A DNA stretch of 64,000 nt from an uncultured bacterium. Its GTDB lineage: Bacteria > Desulfobacterota_D > UBA1144 > Nemesobacterales > UBA2774. A model generated the notes under the pieces. That model was not told where the DNA came from and did not search any database. It saw only the letters and a list, made by a program, of their open reading frames with translations. Shown piece by piece: positions 28,556 to 37,755 of the stretch (its first letter is position 1; each line of letters starts with the position of its first letter). Location of the stretch: positions 1,248,001 through 1,312,000 of the forward strand of contig CAWGRW010000009.1 in the NCBI GenBank assembly GCA_963825135.1, given 5' to 3'. The position numbers and the translations under genes were made by a program.

Positions 28556-31500
28556 TTATCTCCTCTGAATATTCCCCTTGTGCCTGGTTCCTCCGAGCTC
28601 GAAGTTCCTCAGATTCTCAAGCAGTTTTTTCGTTTCTCCGAGAGGGTCCGGTTTCTCGAAGTGAATCTCCATTTTGCCCTGCGGAGAAAGCCCGCCGTAG
28701 AGCTTTGAGCTCTTCGAGAACACGAAGCCCGCACTCTTGTTCCTTATATCCGCTTTCTCTATGCCGAGCTTTTTCATCAAAATTTTCAGGCCGATTATCT
28801 CGATGAGGGAAGAAGCGGGCGCCGGCATTTCTCCGAATCTGTCCCGGAGCTCCCCGGTCATTTCCCTTACCCCTTCCTCCGTCGTTATGTAGGACAGTCT
28901 CTTGTAGACGAGGAGCCTCTCCGTGTCGTTCGAGATATAGTCGTCCGGGATGAACGCGGGCGTGCTCGCCGAGATATCGGGCTCCCATTCCTCATCGGCG
29001 CTATGCCCCTCGAGCCTCCTGACGGCTCCTTCAAGCATCTCCAGATAAAGCTCGAGTCCCACGTCCGCTATGTGCCCCGACTGCTCGACTCCGAAGAGCT
29101 GTCCCGCGCCCCTTATTTCGAGGTCGGAAAGCGCGAGCTTGAAACCCGAGCCGAGCTCCCTGAATTCGGAAATCGCCTTAAGCCTCCTCCTCGCGTCGAG
29201 TGTGAGCGCGGCCGTTCCCGGCACGAGGAAGTATGCGTAGGCCTTCCTCTCCGACCTCCCGACCCTTCCCCTCAGCTGGTAGAGGTCGGCGAGCCCGAAG
29301 GTGTGGGCGTCGTCGATGATTATCGTATTGGCTCTCGGTATATCGAGCCCGGACTCCACAATCGCCGTTGTGACCAATATGTCAACTTTGCCTTCTATGA
29401 AATTCGATATGGATTTCTCCAGGTCCCTCTCCCTCATCCTGCCGTGTGTGACCTCGAAGCTGGCGTCGGGAAGGAGTTTCCTGATTCTGTCCGCGACGCG
29501 GTATATATCCTCGATACGGTTGTGGATGAAAAACACGCACCCTCCGCGCGCAAGCTCCCTCGTTATGGCTTCATGGATGATCGAAGGGTCCGATTGGTGT
29601 ATATGGGTCTCTATGGTCTGCCGGCCTTCGGGAGGGGTGTTGATTAGGCTTATATCCCGTATTTTGGCGAGTGAGAGCTGGAGCGTCCTCGGTATCGGCG
29701 TGGCGCTTAGCGAAATCGTATCGACCCCCTCTTTTATCTTTCTCAGCTTTTCTTTCTGGGCCACCCCGAACCTCTGCTCTTCGTCTATTATCACGAGCCC
29801 CAGGTCCTTGAATTTGATCTTGTCGCCCAATAGCTTGTGCGTCCCGATTATTATGTCTATCCTCCCGTCCTCCAGCTTCGACCGTATGTCGCTTTCCTGT
29901 TTTCCAGTTCTGAACCTGGACAACGATTCTATGACCACGGGGTAGCCTTTAAGCCTCGCTGCGGCGGTCTTATAGTGCTGCTCCGCGAGGAGCGTGGTGG
30001 GTACGAGGAACGCGACCTGTTTTCCGTCCGTGACGGCCCTGAAGGCCGCCCTCAGCGCCACCTCGGTTTTCCCGAACCCGACGTCCCCGCAGATTAACCT
30101 GTCCATGGGCCTCGGGGCCTCCATATCGTTCATAACGTCCTCGATAGCGGCCTCCTGGTCCGGTGTCTCCTCGTAAGAGAACCCGAGCTCGAACTCCCTG
30201 AATAGCTCGCCCCTCGGCGAATAGCCGTACCCCTTGAGCGCTTTTCTTCTCGCGTAGAGCTCCAGAAGCTCCTTCGCCACGTTCTCGACCGCCGCCCTTA
30301 CCCTCCTTACACGCCTCTTCCAGCTCTCCTGCCCGAGCCTGTCGACTTTCGGGGGCTTTCCTTCGCCGATGTACCTCTGGACCAGTTTGAGCCTGTCTAT
30401 AGGCACGTAAATCTTGTCCCCCCCGGCGTATTCACACTGTATGAAATCTCCCTCCGCTTCCCCGATCCTGAGCCTCTTCAGGCTCCTGAATATTCCGATT
30501 CCGAAGTCCACGTGTACTATGTAATCCCCGGGCTTGAGCTCGCTGAACGAGGTGATGAAGGCCGACGGGACATCCGTGCCTCTTCTGCGCGGTCCTCTCT
30601 CCTTCTTCTCCCCGAATACGTCCCCCTCGGTTATGATTTCGATTTTCGCTTCAGCCAGCCTGAAACCGTGGGACAGCTCGCCGGTGTAAGCGTTGATCTT
30701 GGTTACTCCCCTGTCTCTTAAGAGGACGAGCAATTTTTCGAGTTCCATCTGCGTCCTGAAAACGAACTGGAGCGTGTAGCCCGTTCGCCGCGCTTCATAA
30801 ATGCGTTCGCCTATGGCGTCGAGCGGGGAGTCGGATTCCTTCTTTACCTCGATCGATGCGGGCTTCCCGCTGAAACTGATCGTTTCCTTTTTATCGCCTG
30901 TTAAGTCCAGGTCGTATATGAGAATGTTCCGGAATTTTTCCGTTTCTTTCCTGACCTCGTCCTCTGTGAAGAAGAGTTCATCCATGCCGGGTGCGATCTT
31001 GAGGTTCTTTGCCAGAAAGTTCTTCGTCATGCCGAGTGACTCCCCTGACCTGTGAACGGCCTTCACATTGTCCTCCGGGTCGTCCGTAATGATCAGCGCG
31101 TCCCGAGAGAGGTATTCGAGCACCGAGCCGGGCTCGGGGTAAAATGCCGGGAGCAGCCACTCGATGTTCTGGACCCTCTTCCCCTTCTCGATTTCCCCGA
31201 TCAGCGGGAGCTTCTCCCTTGCGGTGACCCCGCTTTCGCCGGCCCTGTTTTTAAGGTATTCAACGGCCCCGGCAAGCGACTCCGCGTCCAGTATAACTTC
31301 AGAGGCGGGCAGGATCGAAGCCCGCTCTATCTTGTCCGAGGACTTCTGCGTGTCGAGGCTGAAATGCCTGATCGAGCCTATTTCGTCCCCGATAAATTCG
31401 AGCCTCAAAGGGTCGTCGCTACCCGGAGAAAAGATATCCACAATCGAGCCTCTTCTGCTTAAGTCCCCTTCGTTCTCGACGAAATCGGTGAGCACATAGC

Positions 31501-32002
31501 CCGATTTCAAGAGTCGCGATATGAGTTCGTCCCTGTATAGCACGCTTCCCTTCTCGACCCGGACGACCGCGTCCATGAAGGCTCTTTTAGGGATAGTCTT
31601 ATCGAAGAGGGCCGAAGTCTCGGCTATCAGCACGTCTCCGTTAATTGCGGAATTGAGCCAGGCCGTACGCTCGGAGCCCGACCTCGTCGCTGACGAGGAG
31701 AATATGGGCCTTCCCGTTCCTATCTCTTTATTTAAAAGGACCGGGGGTTTTTTGCCCAGAAAAAAAGACAGGTCGTGAGCGGCGGATTCCGCCCTTTTAG
31801 CCGTCGGGGATATTAGAAGAAGAGGTCTTTGAATAGCCTCCCTGAGCGCGCCGAGAAGAAAGAATTTCGATGACCCCCCGAGGCCCGAGAGCGTAATCGT
31901 CCTCTCTCCCGCCTCGATCTTCCTCAAGAGGTTCCTGAACTTCCCGCTGGCCCCCAGGGTTTTATATGCACTTACATAATTAAAACGCGGCTTGTCTTTC
32001 AC
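28556..32002 (-). CDS. mfd: Transcription-repair coupling factor Mfd
   Basis: RGSIVDIF, GDYIVHVDFGIG, CGDVGFGKTEVA, DEEQRFG, SATPIPRTL and QLRGRVGR. Start uncertain (GTG 32002 chosen). Confidence 0.96.
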   Translation of the reverse strand: MKDKPRFNYVSAYKTLGASGKFRNLLRKIEAGERTITLSGLGGSSKFFLLGALREAIQRPLLLISPTAKRAESAAHDLSFFLGKKPPVLLNKEIGTGRPIFSSSATRSGSERTAWLNSAINGDVLIAETSALFDKTIPKRAFMDAVVRVEKGSVLYRDELISRLLKSGYVLTDFVENEGDLSRRGSIVDIFSPGSDDPLRLEFIGDEIGSIRHFSLDTQKSSDKIERASILPASEVILDAESLAGAVEYLKNRAGESGVTAREKLPLIGEIEKGKRVQNIEWLLPAFYPEPGSVLEYLSRDALIITDDPEDNVKAVHRSGESLGMTKNFLAKNLKIAPGMDELFFTEDEVRKETEKFRNILIYDLDLTGDKKETISFSGKPASIEVKKESDSPLDAIGERIYEARRTGYTLQFVFRTQMELEKLLVLLRDRGVTKINAYTGELSHGFRLAEAKIEIITEGDVFGEKKERGPRRRGTDVPSAFITSFSELKPGDYIVHVDFGIGIFRSLKRLRIGEAEGDFIQCEYAGGDKIYVPIDRLKLVQRYIGEGKPPKVDRLGQESWKRRVRRVRAAVENVAKELLELYARRKALKGYGYSPRGELFREFELGFSYEETPDQEAAIEDVMNDMEAPRPMDRLICGDVGFGKTEVALRAAFRAVTDGKQVAFLVPTTLLAEQHYKTAAARLKGYPVVIESLSRFRTGKQESDIRSKLEDGRIDIIIGTHKLLGDKIKFKDLGLVIIDEEQRFGVAQKEKLRKIKEGVDTISLSATPIPRTLQLSLAKIRDISLINTPPEGRQTIETHIHQSDPSIIHEAITRELARGGCVFFIHNRIEDIYRVADRIRKLLPDASFEVTHGRMRERDLEKSISNFIEGKVDILVTTAIVESGLDIPRANTIIIDDAHTFGLADLYQLRGRVGRSERKAYAYFLVPGTAALTLDARRRLKAISEFRELGSGFKLALSDLEIRGAGQLFGVEQSGHIADVGLELYLEMLEGAVRRLEGHSADEEWEPDISASTPAFIPDDYISNDTERLLVYKRLSYITTEEGVREMTGELRDRFGEMPAPASSLIEIIGLKILMKKLGIEKADIRNKSAGFVFSKSSKLYGGLSPQGKMEIHFEKPDPLGETKKLLENLRNFELGGTRHKGNIQRR

Positions 32003-32028
32003 TCTGAGTAGTATATACGGGGCGTGTT

Positions 32029-33102
32029 TCAGCCCCTGAGTTCGCGGGCGATTAGCTCGCCCATTTCCCTGCACCCGACTTTCTTCGTTCCCGCCTGGTG
32101 GATATCCGCGGTCCTGTATCCCCTCTCCAGTACCGATTTCACTGCATTTTCGATGTCGCCCGCGGCCGCGTCCAGGTTAAAAGAGTATTTAAGCATCATC
32201 GCGCACGTGAGCACCGAGGCCATGGGATTGGCTATGTCCCGCCCCGCGATGTCGGGCGCGCTTCCGTGGACCGGCTCGTATATTGCCCCCGCTCCGATGC
32301 TCGCCGAGGGCAGCATGCCGAGGGAACCCGTCAGCTGCGCCGCCTCATCGCTTATTATGTCTCCGAACAAATTTCCCGCGAGCATGACGTCGAAGCTCCC
32401 GGGCCTCCTTATGAGCTGCATTGCGGCGTTGTCCACGTAAAGGTGCTCAAGCTCCACATCCGGATACTCCGTATCGTGAACCTTCGTTACGACGGTCCTC
32501 CAGAGCTGCATCACTTCGAGCACGTTCGCCTTGTCAATAGACGTAACCTTGTTTCTTCTCTTCCCGGCTATATCGAACGCGACCCTCGCGATCCTCTCTA
32601 TCTCCCCGGTCGTGTACGCGAGCGTGTTGAATCCCCTTTCCTCGCCGTTCGGGAGCTTTTCTATCCCTCGCGGGGTGCCGAAGTATATGCCGCCCGTGAG
32701 CTCCCTTACCACCATGATATCGGCCCCTTCGACGACTTCCCTCTTGAGCGTTGAGGCGTCAGCCAGCGCGGGGTATACGACGGCGGGCCTGAGGTTGGCA
32801 AACGCGTCGAGCTCCTTTCTTAGCGCGAGCAAGCCGCTCTCGGGCTTCCTTGCGTGCTCGAGGTTCTCCCATTTCGGCCCCCCGACGGCCCCCATCAAGA
32901 CCGCGTCCGAGGCTTTGGCTTTTTTAAGGACCTCTTTCGTTATCGGGACACCGTGAGCGTCTATGGAGCTCCCCCCGAAGAGCTCGGTCTCGAATTCGAA
33001 ATCGACCCCGTGCTTCTCACTGAGTATTCCGAGTATCCCGAGGCTCACGTTCGTAACTTCAACACCTATGCCGTCTCCGGGCAGTACGAGTACCTTTGGC
33101 AA
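32029..33102 (-). CDS. leuB: 3-isopropylmalate dehydrogenase
   Basis: LPGDGIG, GAVGGPKW, ANLRP, VRELTGGIYFG, DKANVL, NLFGDIISDEA and EPVHGSAPDIAG. Confidence 0.97.
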   Translation of the reverse strand: MPKVLVLPGDGIGVEVTNVSLGILGILSEKHGVDFEFETELFGGSSIDAHGVPITKEVLKKAKASDAVLMGAVGGPKWENLEHARKPESGLLALRKELDAFANLRPAVVYPALADASTLKREVVEGADIMVVRELTGGIYFGTPRGIEKLPNGEERGFNTLAYTTGEIERIARVAFDIAGKRRNKVTSIDKANVLEVMQLWRTVVTKVHDTEYPDVELEHLYVDNAAMQLIRRPGSFDVMLAGNLFGDIISDEAAQLTGSLGMLPSASIGAGAIYEPVHGSAPDIAGRDIANPMASVLTCAMMLKYSFNLDAAAGDIENAVKSVLERGYRTADIHQAGTKKVGCREMGELIARELRG

Positions 33103-33270
33103 TCCGTTTCTCCTTTTTGCTCTTTTTCAGACGCATCGTATTTTACCCACCATACTATTGCAGTGAAAGACTCCCTGCCGCAAATGCCGTGTTTGAAATA
33201 AAATATGCAAAGCGTAAAATAGTTTTTCACAATCCGGCGGAAAAATGCCGTAATAACCGTAGATATAGAA

Positions 33271-35229
33271 ATGCCGAGAAAGAAGGGAAAAAAATCAGAA
33301 CGGAATATGCCGGCGAGGCCGCCCGTCGAAGAATCCGGGTATACGGGGGCGTCAGGGGGCTTCGTTCTCAAGTTAATCAAGCACAGGGCGTTCGCCGCGG
33401 CGCTGCTGTTCCTGGTTTCATTTTCGGTGTTCATTCCCTCTCTCCGTAACGGGCTTGTATGGGACGATGTCACCTATGTCCGGACGTGGGCCCCGCGTCT
33501 TAAGTCCGCCGATCTGAACATCAAGTTACTTGTCCCCACCAGGAAAGGGGAGGCCAGGGCGGGTAAATACTTCAGGCCCGCGTATTTTGCCTCGCTGGTC
33601 GTGGATAACAGGCTCTGGGGAGTCTCGCCGTTCGGATTTCACCTGACTAATATAATTCTGCATTCGGTCTCCACCGTGATGCTTTATTTCCTGATACTGC
33701 TTCTCTTTAAGGAATTTAACAGGGGGTCGGGCGAGAGCGAGGCCTTTCTCTCCTCGATGCTCTTTGCGCTCTATCCCCTGCACGTCGAATCCGTTTCCTT
33801 CATCGCTGCGAGGGGGGATCTCCTGGCCGGGATGTTTTTCCTGACGTGTCTCGTTTTCTACATCCTGTCATACAGAAACCTATTTTTCATTATACCGGCC
33901 GGGGTCACTTTCTATCTTTCCTTTTTATCAAAAGAGGTGGCGTTCTCCTTCCCTGTATTAATACTCGGCTTCGATCTGATCAGCAGGAGATTCCTGACCC
34001 GCGTCAATATTGTCAAATACCTCATAATATGCGCGTTGGTCCTGTTTTATTTTTATGTCAGGTCCGGCTCACTGATTAACTATCTCGGCGTGTGGAATCA
34101 GGTGAGCCTCCGTGATACAGGGGGGATCTCTGGAGCAGGCGAGTTCATCACCGTCTTTCTGGGCACGTATCTTTTCTATGCCGAGAAACTGCTCTTTCCC
34201 TACAACCTGAACCACTTCATCGGCTCAATTGCGGGCGGAGACGCGCTGCACACAATTGTTTCGGCTTTGTTAATAGCGGCTGTTACGGCGGTTTTCGTAA
34301 TCTCGGTGAGAAAGAAAGAGAACCTGACCGCTTTCTCGCTGCTGTGGATATTCGCCACGCTCGGACCCGCTGTATTGATAGCCATATATCCGCTCGCGAT
34401 AACGCGCTTTGCCGAGAGGTTCGTGTATGTCCCCTCCGCGGGCTACTGCCTGCTCGCGGGGTATCTGATCGTGAGAGGGGGCAGGCTGACGGGGAAAAAG
34501 TGGGCGGGTTTTGCGGCGGGCGGTTTGTTGTGCGCTTCTTATCTGATAGTCACCGTAAAAGGTCAGGAGGTCTGGACGGACGAGATAACGTTTTGGGAAA
34601 CCGCGGTGAAGAGGTCCCCGGATCAGATTGTCCCCAAAGTAAATTACGGCGAGGCCCTCAGGCGGTCAGGGAGGGTCGACGAGGCCATAAGTCAGCATCT
34701 GGCGGCGCTCGCTCCCGGAATCGATAGCACGAATCGGGGGAAAGCCATGGCTGCCGGTTCCCTCGCTTCCGACTACTTACAGAAAGGGGATTACCTGAAC
34801 GCGGAGAGGTATTTGAAGGCCGCCCTTGAGTATAACCCGGCTACCGAGGACAAATATAGCTATCATATGGGTCTTATATCTCTTAAAAAGAACGATACCG
34901 CCGCTGCCGGAGAGTATCTGCGTAAAGCGGTCAAGCTCGATCCCGGAAACGTAAAGGCTCACTACCTGCTGGGGGTTACGTATTTCGCGGACGCCGGCAG
35001 GGACAAATCCGTCGACGAGTACAGGCTTGCGGAGAGCTCCCTTTTGAATGCGCTCAAGCTCGACCCGGGGTTCGTGAAAGCGAAGGTCTCTTTAGCCGGG
35101 GTCTATCTTGCGCTCGGAGAGAAGGAAAAAGCAAGGGAACAGGCCCTGTCGGTCCTCGACATGACTGCCGACCCGGCAATCGTCGGCGAGGCTAATACGA
35201 TTATCAAAGCGCTAAATGCGAGCCCTTGA
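33271..35229 (+). CDS. TMTC-like GT-C membrane glycosyltransferase with C-terminal TPR repeats
   Basis: VWDD, YFRP, GFHLTNIILH, HVESVSFIAARGDLL, SKE, AERFVYVPS, then TPR repeats; multiple TM helices. Confidence 0.8.
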   Translation: MPRKKGKKSERNMPARPPVEESGYTGASGGFVLKLIKHRAFAAALLFLVSFSVFIPSLRNGLVWDDVTYVRTWAPRLKSADLNIKLLVPTRKGEARAGKYFRPAYFASLVVDNRLWGVSPFGFHLTNIILHSVSTVMLYFLILLLFKEFNRGSGESEAFLSSMLFALYPLHVESVSFIAARGDLLAGMFFLTCLVFYILSYRNLFFIIPAGVTFYLSFLSKEVAFSFPVLILGFDLISRRFLTRVNIVKYLIICALVLFYFYVRSGSLINYLGVWNQVSLRDTGGISGAGEFITVFLGTYLFYAEKLLFPYNLNHFIGSIAGGDALHTIVSALLIAAVTAVFVISVRKKENLTAFSLLWIFATLGPAVLIAIYPLAITRFAERFVYVPSAGYCLLAGYLIVRGGRLTGKKWAGFAAGGLLCASYLIVTVKGQEVWTDEITFWETAVKRSPDQIVPKVNYGEALRRSGRVDEAISQHLAALAPGIDSTNRGKAMAAGSLASDYLQKGDYLNAERYLKAALEYNPATEDKYSYHMGLISLKKNDTAAAGEYLRKAVKLDPGNVKAHYLLGVTYFADAGRDKSVDEYRLAESSLLNALKLDPGFVKAKVSLAGVYLALGEKEKAREQALSVLDMTADPAIVGEANTIIKALNASP

Positions 35230-35258
35230 TTACCGTTGTTAAGAATTCCCTTCCCGGA

Positions 35259-36017
35259 TTAATCGACGTAGTTCGTAAGCACGCCGATACCTTCGATCTC
35301 GACCTCCACCTTGTCGCCGCTCTTCATCGGGCTCACTCCGGCCGGGGTGCCGGTGGAAATAATGTCGCCGGGCAGGAGCGTCATGACCTTCGATATGAAG
35401 CTCAGGAGGGCGGGCACGCTGAATAGGAGGTTCCCGGTGCTCGAATGCTGTTTCCTTTCGCCGTTTAAATAAGTCGATATCTCGAGGTCTCCGGGGTCGA
35501 GCTCGGTCTCGACGACCGGCCCCACGGGGGCGAATGTATCGAAGCCCTTTGCCCTCGTGAATTGTATGTCCTTCGCCTGGATGTCCCGCGCCGTGACGTC
35601 GTTCAGACACGTATAGCCGAGCACATAATCAAAGGCGTCCCTTTCTTCGACGTGGTAGGCCTTCTTCCCTATCACGAGGGCGAGCTCTCCTTCGTAGTCG
35701 ACGCGTGAGGACATGTGCCGGGGATATATTATTTTATCCCCGTGTGCTATCAACGAGGTGCTTGGCTTGATGAAGAGCCTCGGCTCTTCCGGAAGCTCCC
35801 TTCCCATCTCCTCCGCGTGGTCCTTATAGTTAAGCCCGACCGCGACGATCTTGGTCGGCGTGACCGGCGGGAGCAGTTTAACCTCCTCCGGGTCGTACAA
35901 ATGTTCGGTAATTTTGAATTCGCCGAATACATCGCCCTCGATCTTTTTTATTTTGCCGTATGCGGGAGTGCCGAACATCGTGTCCTTATCGCGCGTCTCG
36001 AATCTCAGAAATTTCAT
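35259..36017 (-). CDS. Fumarylacetoacetate hydrolase family protein
   Basis: VGLNYKDH, DYEGEL, NDVTARD, KGFDTFAPVGP and GDIISTGTPAGV. Confidence 0.93.
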   Translation of the reverse strand: MKFLRFETRDKDTMFGTPAYGKIKKIEGDVFGEFKITEHLYDPEEVKLLPPVTPTKIVAVGLNYKDHAEEMGRELPEEPRLFIKPSTSLIAHGDKIIYPRHMSSRVDYEGELALVIGKKAYHVEERDAFDYVLGYTCLNDVTARDIQAKDIQFTRAKGFDTFAPVGPVVETELDPGDLEISTYLNGERKQHSSTGNLLFSVPALLSFISKVMTLLPGDIISTGTPAGVSPMKSGDKVEVEIEGIGVLTNYVD

Positions 36018-36080
36018 ATGCGTTAACTCTCCTGAGCTGATATTCTATAATTTCTTTCCTCGAACGGGATTATACACGAA

Positions 36081-36815
36081 TTAATATTTAACCTCTTTTA
36101 AATACAAGCCGCGCGCGGGGGCCGCGTGCACGAATTTCGTTTTCTCTCCCGAATCCAGGATTTTCTTAAATTGCGCCGGGGTGATCTTTTCCTTGCCCAC
36201 CTGGACGAGGGTCCCGACAATGAGCCTGACCATTCGTTTCATGAAGCCGTCGGCCTCGATGCTGAATTCCAGAATCTCGTCCCGGCTTTCGATTCCGGCG
36301 CGGAGTACTGTCCTTACCGTCGATTTCACGGTAGCCCCGGATTGCGCGAACGCCCTGAAATCGTGCCGGCCGACCAGCGCGCGTGCGGCTTCGTCCATGA
36401 ATCGGACCTCAAGCGGGTATGGCATGAACCAGGCCCTGTCCCTCAGGAGCGCGGACGGGAATGGCCGGTTCAGGATCCTGTATACGTATGTTTTGCTCCT
36501 GGCCGAGAGCTGGGCGTGAAAACCCGGCTCCGCCTCCTCCGCGCTTGTAATCACTATGTCCCTTGGCATCATGGAATTGAGCCCTTTCTGTATTTCGGCT
36601 GCGCTGAGTCCGCTTTCGGTCTTGAAGTTGGCGACCTGGCCCAGGGCATGCACGCCGGAATCCGTCCTGCCGGAGCCCAGGAGTTTTATATTCTCCCCGG
36701 TCATGGTCCGGAGGCACGCCTCGATCGACGCCTGTATCGACGGGCCCGACAGCTGTCTCTGCCAGCCTACGTAGCCCGACCCGTCGTATTCGATTATGAG
36801 CTTGACGTTCCTCAC
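36081..36815 (-). CDS. truA: tRNA pseudouridine(38-40) synthase TruA
   Basis: YDGSGYVGWQRQ, GSGRTDSGVHA, GRHDFRAF, MVRLIVGTL and APARGLYL. GTG start at 36815; the track's upstream extension lies inside oppB in another frame. Confidence 0.95.
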   Translation of the reverse strand: MRNVKLIIEYDGSGYVGWQRQLSGPSIQASIEACLRTMTGENIKLLGSGRTDSGVHALGQVANFKTESGLSAAEIQKGLNSMMPRDIVITSAEEAEPGFHAQLSARSKTYVYRILNRPFPSALLRDRAWFMPYPLEVRFMDEAARALVGRHDFRAFAQSGATVKSTVRTVLRAGIESRDEILEFSIEADGFMKRMVRLIVGTLVQVGKEKITPAQFKKILDSGEKTKFVHAAPARGLYLKEVKY

Positions 36816-36817
36816 GT

Positions 36818-37750
36818 CTATATGCCGCCCTTGTCGAATTTTATCCTGGGGTCCAGAACGACGTACAGGACGTCCACGACCAGGTTCGCGAGGACGAGGA
36901 TTATCGTATACACGATCGTTATCCCCATCACGAGCGGGTAGTCCCGGTTGGAGACGGCCATTACGAAGAACCGGCCGGTCCCGGGTATGGCGAAAATGTG
37001 CTCGACGACGAAAGACCCGGTTACGAGGAACGCCGTAATGGGGCCCAGCACCGTTACGACGGGGATGAGCGCGTTTCTCAGTATATGTTTCGTGACCACA
37101 ATGAATTCGCTTAACCCCTTTGCCCGCGCGGTCCTTATAAAGAGCGCTTTTGAGGTATCCAGCATGCTCGCCCGCGTGAGCCGGGCAATGTAGGCCGCGG
37201 GTCCGGCGGCGAGCGTCAGCGCGGGAAGCACCACGCTGGCGGGGCCTCTCCAGAGAGCGGCGGGGAGCCACCCGAGCTTGACCGAGAAGATGTATATGAG
37301 CAGCGCCCCTGTTACGAAGCTCGGTACCGAGACGAGCGCAGTCGCGATAGAGACGGAGGCGAAATCGACCGCGCCTCCCGGCCTGGTCGCCGATGCGATC
37401 CCTATTGCGCATCCGAAAGTTATGGCGACGATGAGGCTGATGAGTCCGAGCTCGACGGATACGGGGAGCGTCTCGCCGATTATCTCGTTCACGGATCTGT
37501 CTATGTATTTATACGACGGGCCGAAATCGCCCAGGGCGAGGTTTCTTAAATAGTAGAGGTACTGTTTTGGGACCGGCTCGTCCAGGTTGTACTTGGCCTC
37601 GATATTCTTCTTGATCTGGGGGGGCAGTTTCTTTTCGGTATCGAACGGCCCCCCGGGGAGAGTCCTGAGCAGGAAAAACGTTATCGTCACGACTGCGAAT
37701 ATTACGAAGACTCCGGTAAGGGTGCGGCCTATGACGAATTTTCCGATCAA
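36818..37750 (-). CDS. oppB: Oligopeptide ABC transporter permease (OppB type)
   Basis: PGGPF, GDFGPSY, EAA-like FIRTARAKGL, KHILRNAL, NRDYPLV and LDPRI. Confidence 0.9.
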   Translation of the reverse strand: MIGKFVIGRTLTGVFVIFAVVTITFFLLRTLPGGPFDTEKKLPPQIKKNIEAKYNLDEPVPKQYLYYLRNLALGDFGPSYKYIDRSVNEIIGETLPVSVELGLISLIVAITFGCAIGIASATRPGGAVDFASVSIATALVSVPSFVTGALLIYIFSVKLGWLPAALWRGPASVVLPALTLAAGPAAYIARLTRASMLDTSKALFIRTARAKGLSEFIVVTKHILRNALIPVVTVLGPITAFLVTGSFVVEHIFAIPGTGRFFVMAVSNRDYPLVMGITIVYTIILVLANLVVDVLYVVLDPRIKFDKGGI

Positions 37751-37755
37751 GCCGG

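Noticed and set aside
36816..37412. N-terminal extension of TruA in the 443-aa track ORF
   Set aside because: It lies inside oppB in another frame and is Arg-rich nonsense; TruA homology starts at GTG 36815.
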